DNA of 64,000 nucleotides from a virus. The stretch spans positions 96,001 to 160,000 of the IMG/VR virus record IMGVR_UViG_3300025108_000015. One strand, written 5' to 3'. Made by a program: the position numbers and the translations under genes. Numbering within the stretch: position 1 is the stretch's first letter; every line of letters begins with the position of its first letter. The notes under the pieces are model-generated. The model saw nothing but the letters and a program-made list of their open reading frames with translations. It ran no database searches and was not told the DNA's origin. Shown here piece by piece: positions 16,290-25,234 of this stretch.

Positions 16290-16575
16290 TGTTAAGAAAT
16301 TTAAATCTTTAAAACGTAAGGTCTTAAAGAAGTACCCATCCGCTAAAACTGAAATGACCACTGATGGTCGTTTTACAATATCAAATGGAAATGGTGGTTC
16401 TATTGGTTTAGAGTTTATGATACCACCACAAGACAGTGTTAGTATGGCGTGGTTTTGGGCAGCAGAGTGTGTTAGGTATAAGCAAAATATTAATAGAACA
16501 CACCCCATACGAAGTGCTATGAGTTTTAACGAGAAAAAGTTTAATAGAGTTTCTCGTAGAAATCGCAGAAAGTGA
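16279..16575 (+). CDS. basic hypothetical protein
   Basis: ORF track. Confidence 0.7.
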   Translation: MVIDVKKFKSLKRKVLKKYPSAKTEMTTDGRFTISNGNGGSIGLEFMIPPQDSVSMAWFWAAECVRYKQNINRTHPIRSAMSFNEKKFNRVSRRNRRK

Positions 16576-16626
16576 TTTTATTAAAGTTGTGAAAACTATT
16601 TATAGTAAATAAACAATTTCTATATA

Positions 16627-16926
16627 ATGAAAAAGCACAACAATAAACAACGTGGGTTTGTAAACCAATCTTATGGAGTTACAGAAAGTGAGGTCGTTCG
16701 ACAGGCCAAAGCTTATGGTAAAAATTATAGTTCAATAGACTTCGCTTTTAATCCTGATTTAACAAAGGAAGATTTTCCTATAAAAAATCGTATGGAGCTT
16801 GGGTCGTTAATAGTGGGTAACCATGAAATTGAATTAACAAAGTCGGAAGCAACGAAGATTATTCAAACATTGGAAACTGCTATATCTTCGACTCAACAAC
16901 GATATCGGTTAGGTATTTTAAACTAA
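16627..16926 (+). CDS. hypothetical protein
   Basis: ORF track; TATTTATA at 16597-604 upstream. Confidence 0.7.
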   Translation: MKKHNNKQRGFVNQSYGVTESEVVRQAKAYGKNYSSIDFAFNPDLTKEDFPIKNRMELGSLIVGNHEIELTKSEATKIIQTLETAISSTQQRYRLGILN

Positions 16927-16935
16927 AATTTAAAA

Positions 16936-17304
16936 GTGGGTGATGATGTAATTTCAAGGATACTAACTTCAACGTTGGATACCACTGACCATGGAGATGT
17001 TTCTGAATTAGCATTATTTTTAGATGATGGGGTCTCTACAATCTTAACGGAACGTAAAGACCCTTACTTCACCATAGCTAAGCAAAAGATAAAACAACTC
17101 ATTACCTTTGCGGACGAATCCCCCTCAGTAGATTACACTAACAAAATGATTAAGAGTCTACTTAGATTGGAGTCTTACATAGCGGACCAAACAATGGATT
17201 TGGTATTTGTTGAAATTTGTTTAGAGTGTGCTAGGGATAAAAATATAATAACACGAGAGGCTTTAATTTTATTAAATGAGATACATAACTCAATTAATAG
17301 ATAG
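16936..17304 (+). CDS. hypothetical protein
   Basis: ORF track; GTG start. Confidence 0.6.
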   Translation: MGDDVISRILTSTLDTTDHGDVSELALFLDDGVSTILTERKDPYFTIAKQKIKQLITFADESPSVDYTNKMIKSLLRLESYIADQTMDLVFVEICLECARDKNIITREALILLNEIHNSINR

Positions 17305-17336
17305 TTATAGTAAACGGAAGGGATATTGGTGTTATT

Positions 17337-17696
17337 ATGGAAAATTATTTTGGAGAATGGCATTGGGATGAATCTGAATATAACTTCTTTATGTCACTTG
17401 GGGTTGTAGCCAAATTAGAATACGTATACGATTACTTTAATATATCGGATGACGTTCTTTTTGAGTTTGAGGTTGACGATGAATTTGACATTGACGATGA
17501 ACATACATCAGCTACGTCTATTGATGTAGTTATTACTGATACACATTTTCTTTTAACGTGTAATGACTATGATATAGCTATGAAAACAATAAGCACGTTT
17601 CAAATGGATGGTTATATATTGACGTTTGATAAGAAAAAAGGTGACACTTATTTCTATAAATGTATAGGAATGTCACAACCACTATCGGTAAACTGA
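17337..17696 (+). CDS. acidic hypothetical protein
   Basis: ORF track. Confidence 0.7.
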   Translation: MENYFGEWHWDESEYNFFMSLGVVAKLEYVYDYFNISDDVLFEFEVDDEFDIDDEHTSATSIDVVITDTHFLLTCNDYDIAMKTISTFQMDGYILTFDKKKGDTYFYKCIGMSQPLSVN

Positions 17697-17776
17697 CATC
17701 GTGTCATGAAATAATCAATTGGTCTACATATTGTTCTATTGTTAATGTATTAATAAATTAATAAAAGGAATATAAT

Positions 17777-18121
17777 ATGACGTTTAATAGACTAAACACA
17801 ATGGTCTCCGACTTTATGTTGGGGGAGTGGGGGAATGAAGCAGGCCTTAATTCAAATACTGCTTTTTTAAAAGATGATGTACTAACTATGGAATTCGCAG
17901 TGCCTGGATTGTCCAATGAAGACATCGATGTTATTGTTGCTGACCGAATGATTGAAATCAAAGCTGAAAAGGAACATCGTAAATTGGAAAAGAGATACAA
18001 GATACATGATGCGTTTGATATAAATAAAACATCTGCTGTTGCTAAGGATGGGTTACTTATTGTATCAATACCTAAGTATGAGGACCGTAAGGCTAAATCG
18101 ATAAAAGTAAAAGTTAAATAG
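17777..18121 (+). CDS. small heat-shock protein (Hsp20)
   Basis: EFAVPGLSNEDIDV, AVAKDGLLIVSIPK alpha-crystallin motifs. Confidence 0.92.
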   Translation: MTFNRLNTMVSDFMLGEWGNEAGLNSNTAFLKDDVLTMEFAVPGLSNEDIDVIVADRMIEIKAEKEHRKLEKRYKIHDAFDINKTSAVAKDGLLIVSIPKYEDRKAKSIKVKVK

Positions 18122-18318
18122 TGTATAGATTCTTCAGGTCGCAAAAAGTTACGTTTAATGATAAGTTGTTCATCGTGGTTAAAAAAATTAAAATTGACCG
18201 AAATCCGATAATTGATGTATGGAAGGAACACCTTAACGCTGATACTGTTTTAAAAAGAGATGGATACTATTGGTTTTGTGAGGAAATTCCTTCAATTGAC
18301 TTTGAAGAATTAACATAA
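18121..18318 (+). CDS. small hypothetical protein
   Basis: ORF track, coupled to hsp20. Confidence 0.65.
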   Translation: MYRFFRSQKVTFNDKLFIVVKKIKIDRNPIIDVWKEHLNADTVLKRDGYYWFCEEIPSIDFEELT

Positions 18319-18365
18319 ATTTAACATAGGGGGCTTGTATAGTCCCCTTTTTTTTTGTACATTTA
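18310..18365 (+). promoter_or_regulatory. promoter with TTAACA box (site 6) for uvsE
   Basis: TTAACA 18310-15 and 18321-26; CTTG 18334-37; 20 nt; TACATTTA 18358-65. Confidence 0.72.
18328..18356 (+). terminator. intrinsic terminator overlapping promoter site 6
   Basis: AGGGGGC-ttgtata-GTCCCCT followed by a T run. Confidence 0.75.
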
Positions 18366-18384
18366 CATAGTAAATAAGAAACAT

Positions 18385-19314
18385 ATGACAAACCTCGGAT
18401 ATTGCTGTATCAACATGACCCTTCGTAAGGACAAGATTACTACCAATCGTAGTATGATTAAAAAAACATTCCTTAAAGAAGGTATCAGTAGGTCATCAGA
18501 CCTTGCATTACAAAATGCTAAAGACCTTGTAGAGATTATCAAATGGAACGAACGTAATGGTTTCAAACTATTCCGTATGTCGTCTGACTTAGTTCCATGG
18601 GCTAGTGAGTTCAAGTTATCAGATATGCCAGACTATACTAAGTTTAGTAATGTACTCAAGGGTGCAGGTACTTTAGCTAAGTCGTATGGTCAACGTATCA
18701 CTTCACATCCTGGCCCATTCAATGTATTGGTGTCACCTAATGATAGAGTTGTAGATAACACGATTAGAGACCTTTCAATACACGGAGAACACTTTGACCT
18801 TATGGGGTTAGAGAGAAGTCATCAGAACCCTATTAACATCCATTGTAATGGTGTCTATGGTGATAAGATGTCTGCTATGAATCGTTTCATCACAAACTTC
18901 AAGAGATTGCCTGAGTCAGTCCAATCACGATTGGTTGTTGAGAACGATGACAAAGCAAGTATGTACTCAGTCAAAGACCTTATGTACCTACACGAACATA
19001 TTGGTATTCCGATTACGTTTGACTATCACCACCACAAATTCAATACCGGTGGGTTGTCTGAACAAGAAGCACTTGAGTTGGCTATGTCAACGTGGGGTGA
19101 CTACAAACCCTTAGTCCATTACTCTGAATCACGTCTATTGGAACAAGAAGGTGTAAAAGCACAAGCACATTCTGATTTTATCTATTCTGAAATCAATACA
19201 TATGGTCATTCTTTAGACATTGAGGTCGAGGCTAAGATGAAGGAGTTGACTGTGTTAGATTATCTTTCCAATTTTGGTACACATCCAAAAGGGCATAGTA
19301 TGGGGAAAGCTTGA
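18385..19314 (+). CDS. uvsE: UV damage endonuclease
   Basis: LGYCCIN, LFRMSSDLVP, RITSHPGPF, INIHCNG, VENDDK, FDYHHH, EVEAKMKE; start ATG 18385. Confidence 0.95.
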   Translation: MTNLGYCCINMTLRKDKITTNRSMIKKTFLKEGISRSSDLALQNAKDLVEIIKWNERNGFKLFRMSSDLVPWASEFKLSDMPDYTKFSNVLKGAGTLAKSYGQRITSHPGPFNVLVSPNDRVVDNTIRDLSIHGEHFDLMGLERSHQNPINIHCNGVYGDKMSAMNRFITNFKRLPESVQSRLVVENDDKASMYSVKDLMYLHEHIGIPITFDYHHHKFNTGGLSEQEALELAMSTWGDYKPLVHYSESRLLEQEGVKAQAHSDFIYSEINTYGHSLDIEVEAKMKELTVLDYLSNFGTHPKGHSMGKA

Positions 19315-19451
19315 TTTAATTAATTTATTAATTATTTTCCTGATATTTATACCTATCAGGTGGTTAACTTGGCTTGAGCTGCTTAGCGAAAACGTAGTTT
19401 AATAATAAGTACAACTCCTGAAGTTAGTAAAACCAATTTGTGGAAAAATAA

Positions 19452-20483
19452 ATGAAAAAACTTTTTAATAGGAAGAATATGTTCATACTTCTAATGACTA
19501 TCAGTACATTAGGGTTAGCTATTTCAGCTGCATATTATTCAGTATTTGGATTGAGTTCACTGTTTGCTGGTGCTAGAACTGAGGTAATAATAATGGCGGG
19601 TTCATTAGAGTTTTCTAAACTTATAATAGCATCATACTTACATAACAATTGGAAGACTGCTGGTTGGATGAAGTGGTATCTTACCTTAGCAGTTGGTGTA
19701 TTAATGGTAATCACCTCAGCAGGTATCTATGGATTCTTAACATCAGCATATCAAAAGACTGCTGACCAATTAGGTGTATTGGATAAGCAAGTTCAAGTAA
19801 TTGATTTAAAGAAGGGAAGATTCCAAGAACAATTGGATTACTTTAATATAGAAAAGAATCAGTTATCGGAATCAATTACGGAACTACGTAATGGGCTATC
19901 TAATAATGTAGTACAATATCGTGATAAAGAAACTGGTCAGATTATAACAACAACGTCATCATCTCAACGTAGAGCTTTGGAACGTCAATTAGCATCAGCA
20001 GTTGAATCACGTGATGGTATATCTATAAAAATTGAGGTATTGACCGATTCAATTACATCACTTGATTTAAAAGTATTGGATTTGGAATCTAATAATGAAG
20101 TAGCTGCCGAAGTCGGACCATTGAGATATATGTCCGCAATAACCGGCCGACCTATGAATGTGATTGTGAATTGGTTTACATTACTTATAGTATTTGTATT
20201 TGACCCACTTGCTATTTCAATGGTAATAGCATTAAACAAGTTAACATCTAAACCTACTGATGTAAAACTACCAATCTCTGAAGAGGAAGAGTCAGACGAA
20301 GTTATCGATGATGTTATTGTGCCAGAACTTACCAAAGTACCAGTTGTACCAAAGACTGAACCAATTGAAAAGGAAGATGTAACATTTATCCCAACGGATG
20401 ATGATGCTAGAAAATTATATGGTGAGAATCGTAAATCCAATTCAAAGACTAAACATATATACAAAAACGCATCTACTAAATAA
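19452..20483 (+). CDS. membrane protein with a long coiled coil
   Basis: Three to four N-terminal TM helices, a coiled coil, then a further TM (IFVFDPLAI-like). Confidence 0.8.
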   Translation: MKKLFNRKNMFILLMTISTLGLAISAAYYSVFGLSSLFAGARTEVIIMAGSLEFSKLIIASYLHNNWKTAGWMKWYLTLAVGVLMVITSAGIYGFLTSAYQKTADQLGVLDKQVQVIDLKKGRFQEQLDYFNIEKNQLSESITELRNGLSNNVVQYRDKETGQIITTTSSSQRRALERQLASAVESRDGISIKIEVLTDSITSLDLKVLDLESNNEVAAEVGPLRYMSAITGRPMNVIVNWFTLLIVFVFDPLAISMVIALNKLTSKPTDVKLPISEEEESDEVIDDVIVPELTKVPVVPKTEPIEKEDVTFIPTDDDARKLYGENRKSNSKTKHIYKNASTK

Positions 20484-20484
20484 A

Positions 20485-20516
20485 TTTGTGTATGTCAATA
20501 TTTTTTTGTATATTGT
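20485..20516 (+). promoter_or_regulatory. Bacteroidota-type promoter for clpP
   Basis: TTTG 20485-88; 20 nt; TATATTGT 20509-16. Confidence 0.7.
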
Positions 20517-20541
20517 ATATAAATAAACAAGTTATAAACTA

Positions 20542-21171
20542 ATGGATGAACTATACAACACAACACCAACCTCTGCTGGAGTTAATTTAAGTTATCATGA
20601 TACGGATAACTCTAAAGATGGCCATAAAAGTTTTTATCGTGAATTCGATTATGGTATAGACACCACGGACAATGTTATCTTAATACAAGATGAAATATCA
20701 AGTGGGTTAACATTTGACATTGTATCTAAGGTCAGATTACTTCTGAAGATAAATGGTGATATCAATACTATTAATATATTACTCAACTCTCCTGGTGGGG
20801 ATGTAATCGAAACTTTAGCTTTGATAGATTACATGAAGTCTCAAGAAGCTCAAGGTATTAAGTTTAATATCATCGTAAGAGGGTCAGCTATGTCAGCAGC
20901 AGCACTTCTACTTACTTGTGGTACTGGTCTACGGGCTGCATCTAAACACTCTAAGATTATGGTACATCAATTATCAACAGTCGCAGTAGGTAAGTTGAGT
21001 GATGTTAAATCAAACGCACGATTCTCTGAAGAGTTAGAGAATGATTGTAATCAACTTATGGCTGAAAATTCTAAAATGGACAAAGAGTATTGGGAAGGTA
21101 TATCTTCTTCAGACTACTTTATGTCAGCAGAAAAAGCACTTGAGTGTGGTATCATCGATAAAATAATTTAA
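20542..21171 (+). CDS. clpP: ClpP-like serine protease
   Basis: LLNSPGGDV, GSAMSAA (Ser), IMVHQ (His), MSAEKALECGIIDKII. Confidence 0.92.
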   Translation: MDELYNTTPTSAGVNLSYHDTDNSKDGHKSFYREFDYGIDTTDNVILIQDEISSGLTFDIVSKVRLLLKINGDINTINILLNSPGGDVIETLALIDYMKSQEAQGIKFNIIVRGSAMSAAALLLTCGTGLRAASKHSKIMVHQLSTVAVGKLSDVKSNARFSEELENDCNQLMAENSKMDKEYWEGISSSDYFMSAEKALECGIIDKII

Positions 21172-21177
21172 AATAAT

Positions 21178-21957
21178 ATGTTAGACTTTTTCACAGCAGA
21201 AGAACTCGTAGAGAACTACGAGAAGTTCCGTAAACTAATTAACAAAACATTTGAAGGTGACCGATTAGAGGCACTTAATAAAATGTACGACCACTTCGAA
21301 GAACGTATGATTTATACACCAGCATCTTCGGTAGAACATTACCACAATGCATTTCCAGGTGGATACATCGACCACGTTCTTAGGGTAACACGTAATGCTT
21401 TAAAAGTATACGACCTTTATTCTGAGTTAGGTGGTGTTGGTGATTATAGTAGAGAAAGTCTAATATTCACAGCACTACACCACGACCTTGGTAAGTTGGG
21501 TACGCCTGAGTTGGATTACTATGTTAAGAATGATTCCGAATGGCACATAAAGAATCAAGGTAAGATTTACAAAACAAATTCAGACATCCATTGGATGAAT
21601 CTAAACGATAGAACATTCTATCTACTAAACTACTTTGGTATTCAATGTACCCAAGAAGAATGGATTGGTATTAAACTTACTGATGGGTTGTATGACGAGA
21701 ATAACAAAGAGTATTTTATCAAGTACAATAAAGATGACGCATTAAAAACATCGATGCCATACGTAATGCATACCGCTGACTTATTCGCTGCAAGATACGA
21801 GAATGAGAGATGGATGAAAGAAATGAATCCAATAAAGTCTACACGGAAGTCAACTATTGGTAGACCTAAGAAGGGGAATTTAGGTGACGCTTTTACTAAT
21901 AGTAATACTGATACTAAAAGTGTATTCGACGCGTTTAAAGGAATTATAGAGGAGTAA
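21178..21957 (+). CDS. HD-domain metal-dependent phosphohydrolase
   Basis: HNAFPGGYIDHVL and LHHDLGK. Confidence 0.88.
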   Translation: MLDFFTAEELVENYEKFRKLINKTFEGDRLEALNKMYDHFEERMIYTPASSVEHYHNAFPGGYIDHVLRVTRNALKVYDLYSELGGVGDYSRESLIFTALHHDLGKLGTPELDYYVKNDSEWHIKNQGKIYKTNSDIHWMNLNDRTFYLLNYFGIQCTQEEWIGIKLTDGLYDENNKEYFIKYNKDDALKTSMPYVMHTADLFAARYENERWMKEMNPIKSTRKSTIGRPKKGNLGDAFTNSNTDTKSVFDAFKGIIEE

Positions 21958-21958
21958 T

Positions 21959-22240
21959 ATGATTATAACAATTATTATATTATCAATAACAACAATCGTA
22001 TTTTTATTTAGTACGATAAACCTTCTTCGTAAGAACGAAGCATACGAAGATGTTGTGGAAGAGCAGGAGATAGTAATATCAGACACCGCAAATAGAATTG
22101 ATGATTCTATGGCTAAGATGAAAGAGATTGATAAGTTAGGTTCTTTTGAAGCAGATGATGAGACTGGATTTATCTTTAAGAATTTGTATGAAGTAATTGA
22201 GCAATTAGAAAAGTACTATGGGTCGAAAGAGGAAGAATAA
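21959..22240 (+). CDS. small membrane-anchored coiled-coil protein
   Basis: Hydrophobic N-terminus; GAGGAG RBS. Confidence 0.7.
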   Translation: MIITIIILSITTIVFLFSTINLLRKNEAYEDVVEEQEIVISDTANRIDDSMAKMKEIDKLGSFEADDETGFIFKNLYEVIEQLEKYYGSKEEE

Positions 22241-22934
22241 AAGATATTTTAATAAAATAAATGAGATTGCAATCAACGCATATAACAATTGTGATGACCA
22301 GCGACTAAAGAATAAAATATACAATCGGTTTATTCATTACCCATTTGATAAACTTGCAGAGAATGTAATACATACTTACAAGACTTATTATTTTGAAGTT
22401 CCATACGAAGATGTTAAAGCAAATGTAGTAGCATTCTTAAATGAGAAGATTCATAAGTTCAATGGAGACAATGGTAGAGCGTTCTCATACTTTACTGTAA
22501 TAGCACGTAACTATTTGTTCAATGAAAACAATGCTAATTATGCTCGTATGAAAATGAGAGATGGTGTTGAAGTCATAGACTCGTCACGTGATATTGTAAA
22601 TGAGGTATTCGATAAACGACAAATGGAAGCTCTAAAAGATTTCATGGATTACTATGTAATGTACATGGATAGTAATATTCTTACAATATTCAATAAAGAA
22701 CGGGACCAAAAGATAGCAGATTCGCTTACTGAATTATTTAGAACACGTGATAACCTATATTCTTACAATAAAAAGGCTCTCTATATACTTATTAGGGAGA
22801 GAACTGGAGTTCAGACTCAATACATCACACGTGTGGTAGGTAAGATGAAGGTTATATACAAAGAACTATATATCGATTTTATGAAAGGTGATATATTACC
22901 AGTAACACATCGAGTGGAGGAATTTAATGGATAA
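22218..22934 (+). CDS. gp55: late-transcription sigma factor, T4 gp55-like
   Basis: FLNEKIHKF...GRAFSYFTVIARNYL resembles the gp55 PFAYFTQI motif; precedes the structural module. Confidence 0.65.
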   Translation: MGRKRKNKRYFNKINEIAINAYNNCDDQRLKNKIYNRFIHYPFDKLAENVIHTYKTYYFEVPYEDVKANVVAFLNEKIHKFNGDNGRAFSYFTVIARNYLFNENNANYARMKMRDGVEVIDSSRDIVNEVFDKRQMEALKDFMDYYVMYMDSNILTIFNKERDQKIADSLTELFRTRDNLYSYNKKALYILIRERTGVQTQYITRVVGKMKVIYKELYIDFMKGDILPVTHRVEEFNG

Positions 22935-23289
22935 GGATACTGAATTATTTAAAGGTAAGTCTTTCTCGGATATTATGTCAGACATATATTCCAATCAAAA
23001 AAAGAAAGACCGCCAAATCAAACTACTGATTGCTCAACTCGAACCAATGGTTAAGAGTTTGGGTGATGCATCAGTAGTTGTACCTTTGATAAAAGAATAC
23101 TTAGATATATCAGTTCGTAATGACGATGCTTTAATTAAATTAGCAGCAATCGTCCAACGTATGATGAAGGACAACAATTCGGGCTCAGATGGTGGTATGT
23201 TATTATCACCAGAGGAGAAGAGACAATTGATGGATGCTATTGATGAGGTTGAGAAAGACCTACCTAAAGACGATGGGGGTGATGAATGA
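22927..23289 (+). CDS. conserved hypothetical helical protein
   Basis: ORF track; GGAGG RBS. Confidence 0.75.
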   Translation: MDKDTELFKGKSFSDIMSDIYSNQKKKDRQIKLLIAQLEPMVKSLGDASVVVPLIKEYLDISVRNDDALIKLAAIVQRMMKDNNSGSDGGMLLSPEEKRQLMDAIDEVEKDLPKDDGGDE

Positions 23290-24284
23290 AATATGCACAA
23301 GTATTAGAAGTATATTTAGATGATGATAACCCCAACGGACCCTACTCAATACAAGCTTCTCTAAAAGAATCAAATACAAGTAAACGTATTTTAGCTAAGC
23401 CATTAAGTATACTTAGTAAAACTATTCCTGTTGTTGGTGAGTATGTATGTATACAAAAAGCACCTTCTGATTTCATATCTGCTACGGGTGGTGGTGCTAC
23501 TGTATTTTATTACTCACATCCGGTTTCATTACAAGGTAATGTAAATAATAATATATTAGAAAACGCAACCAGACTTGAAGGAAGTACGATTGGTGGTGAT
23601 TATAATATTACCTCAGCCGGAGTTCCGAACACATCAGGCCCTTCTAAATCCGACCCTAAGAATAAAGAGTTCAAAATAGTATCAAACCTATCACAATTAC
23701 AACCATACTCAGGTGATATTATACATGAGGGTAGGTTTGGCCAATCAATTCGATTTGGGTATACTCCACAAAATTCAGATTCTAAGATTAAACCATCTTG
23801 GACCTCAACTACACCCGAATCACCAATCACTATTATTCGTAATGGCGCTGGTAACTCAAATGGGTATAATAAATTTGTTATAGAAGATATCAATGATGAC
23901 GACTCATCTATATACTTAGCTTCTAAACAAAAGGTTGGAATTAAGTCGTCAAATAACTTTACGTTAGGAGTTACACCCACATCTCTATATACTAAACCAC
24001 AAATAGTATTAAACTCGGACCGACTCGTTCTAAATTCAAAAAAAGACTCAGTTCTAATCAGTGGTGCTAAATCGGTAAATGTATCAACGTCCAATTGGAA
24101 AGCTGATATGGATGTCATATTCAGTCAGTTGGAATCAATCACCGATGCACTATTACAGTTAGCACCCCAACTAACTGCGGCTGCCAATACTGGTGGGCCA
24201 GTCCCATCACTAACGGCCGGTGGTCCTCAATTGTTATCTACGATTACTCAAGTAAAAACTCAGTTAACATTAATGAAACAATAA
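23286..24284 (+). CDS. baseplate hub/spike-related protein (gp5-like)
   Basis: N-terminal OB-like region (PVVGEYV); GDIIHEGRFGQSIRFG; beta-rich C-terminus; position upstream of gp25. Confidence 0.5.
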   Translation: MKYAQVLEVYLDDDNPNGPYSIQASLKESNTSKRILAKPLSILSKTIPVVGEYVCIQKAPSDFISATGGGATVFYYSHPVSLQGNVNNNILENATRLEGSTIGGDYNITSAGVPNTSGPSKSDPKNKEFKIVSNLSQLQPYSGDIIHEGRFGQSIRFGYTPQNSDSKIKPSWTSTTPESPITIIRNGAGNSNGYNKFVIEDINDDDSSIYLASKQKVGIKSSNNFTLGVTPTSLYTKPQIVLNSDRLVLNSKKDSVLISGAKSVNVSTSNWKADMDVIFSQLESITDALLQLAPQLTAAANTGGPVPSLTAGGPQLLSTITQVKTQLTLMKQ

Positions 24285-24308
24285 TTATATATAAACATAT
24301 TTATTATC

Positions 24309-24791
24309 ATGGATACAAAGAAACTAATTAAGGCAATTCAACTCATCATTAAAGAAGAGGTAAAGAAGGAAGTCTCTAAACGTGAGAAGTCTTTACGAGC
24401 TTCTATTATAAAAGAGATAAAGCAATCACAACCAAACGTTGTTGATAAAGACCCGCTTGATGTAGACCACGTATTTGAATCTAATACTAAAATAAATAAA
24501 TCATTTACCGGCAACGCAACGTTAAATGATATGTTAAACGAAACCGCTGATAGTGGTGAGTGGAGAAGTATTAATTCAAATGGAGTTGGTGGTGGTATGT
24601 TTGATGCATCACAAGCACAGGCGTTCGCTGGTGGTATGGGTCAACAACCACAAGTGTTACAAAACGCAGATGGTAGAACAATACCAACTAATCAGCTACA
24701 ACAAACTGACGCAGGTAAAGCGGTAGTTGACGCACTAACACGTGACTACTCAGGTTTAATGAAACATATAAATAATAAGAAGGGTAGCTAA
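24309..24791 (+). CDS. hypothetical virion-associated protein
   Basis: IIKEEV N-terminal motif, LNDMLNETA; TATTTATT upstream. Confidence 0.7.
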   Translation: MDTKKLIKAIQLIIKEEVKKEVSKREKSLRASIIKEIKQSQPNVVDKDPLDVDHVFESNTKINKSFTGNATLNDMLNETADSGEWRSINSNGVGGGMFDASQAQAFAGGMGQQPQVLQNADGRTIPTNQLQQTDAGKAVVDALTRDYSGLMKHINNKKGS

Positions 24792-25225
24792 TGGCATCCC
24801 GTAATGAATTTAGTATCAATCCTTTAGACTTAAAAAGGAATAAGGCAGTTGGAGTTTTGTTACCATTGGGTGGTAGTCCATTATTTAAACTATCATATAC
24901 AACTGAAGAGCAGGCTATATCTAATCTTAAAAACTTGATTTTAACAAGAAAGGGTGAACGTCATCTTCAACCAACATTTGGTTCCGATGTATACTCATTG
25001 TTATTTGAACAAATGACAGAAGACTTAGCAGATGATTTGGAAAGTTCACTACGAGATGATATTAAATTCTGGCTTCCATATATTATTATAGATAGTATAC
25101 GAGTAATTACCAACGAAGATAATAATAGAGTAAACATAAATTTAGTAGTTAAGGTAACTGACCGTGGGGCAAACACAAAAATAACAATTCTTGTTTCAGA
25201 GCAAGGTAATATATCTATTGTTTAA
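24791..25225 (+). CDS. gp25: baseplate wedge protein, gp25-like
   Basis: NLKNLILTRKGERHLQPTFGSDVYSLLFE. Confidence 0.92.
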   Translation: MASRNEFSINPLDLKRNKAVGVLLPLGGSPLFKLSYTTEEQAISNLKNLILTRKGERHLQPTFGSDVYSLLFEQMTEDLADDLESSLRDDIKFWLPYIIIDSIRVITNEDNNRVNINLVVKVTDRGANTKITILVSEQGNISIV

Positions 25226-25234
25226 GGATAAGAC

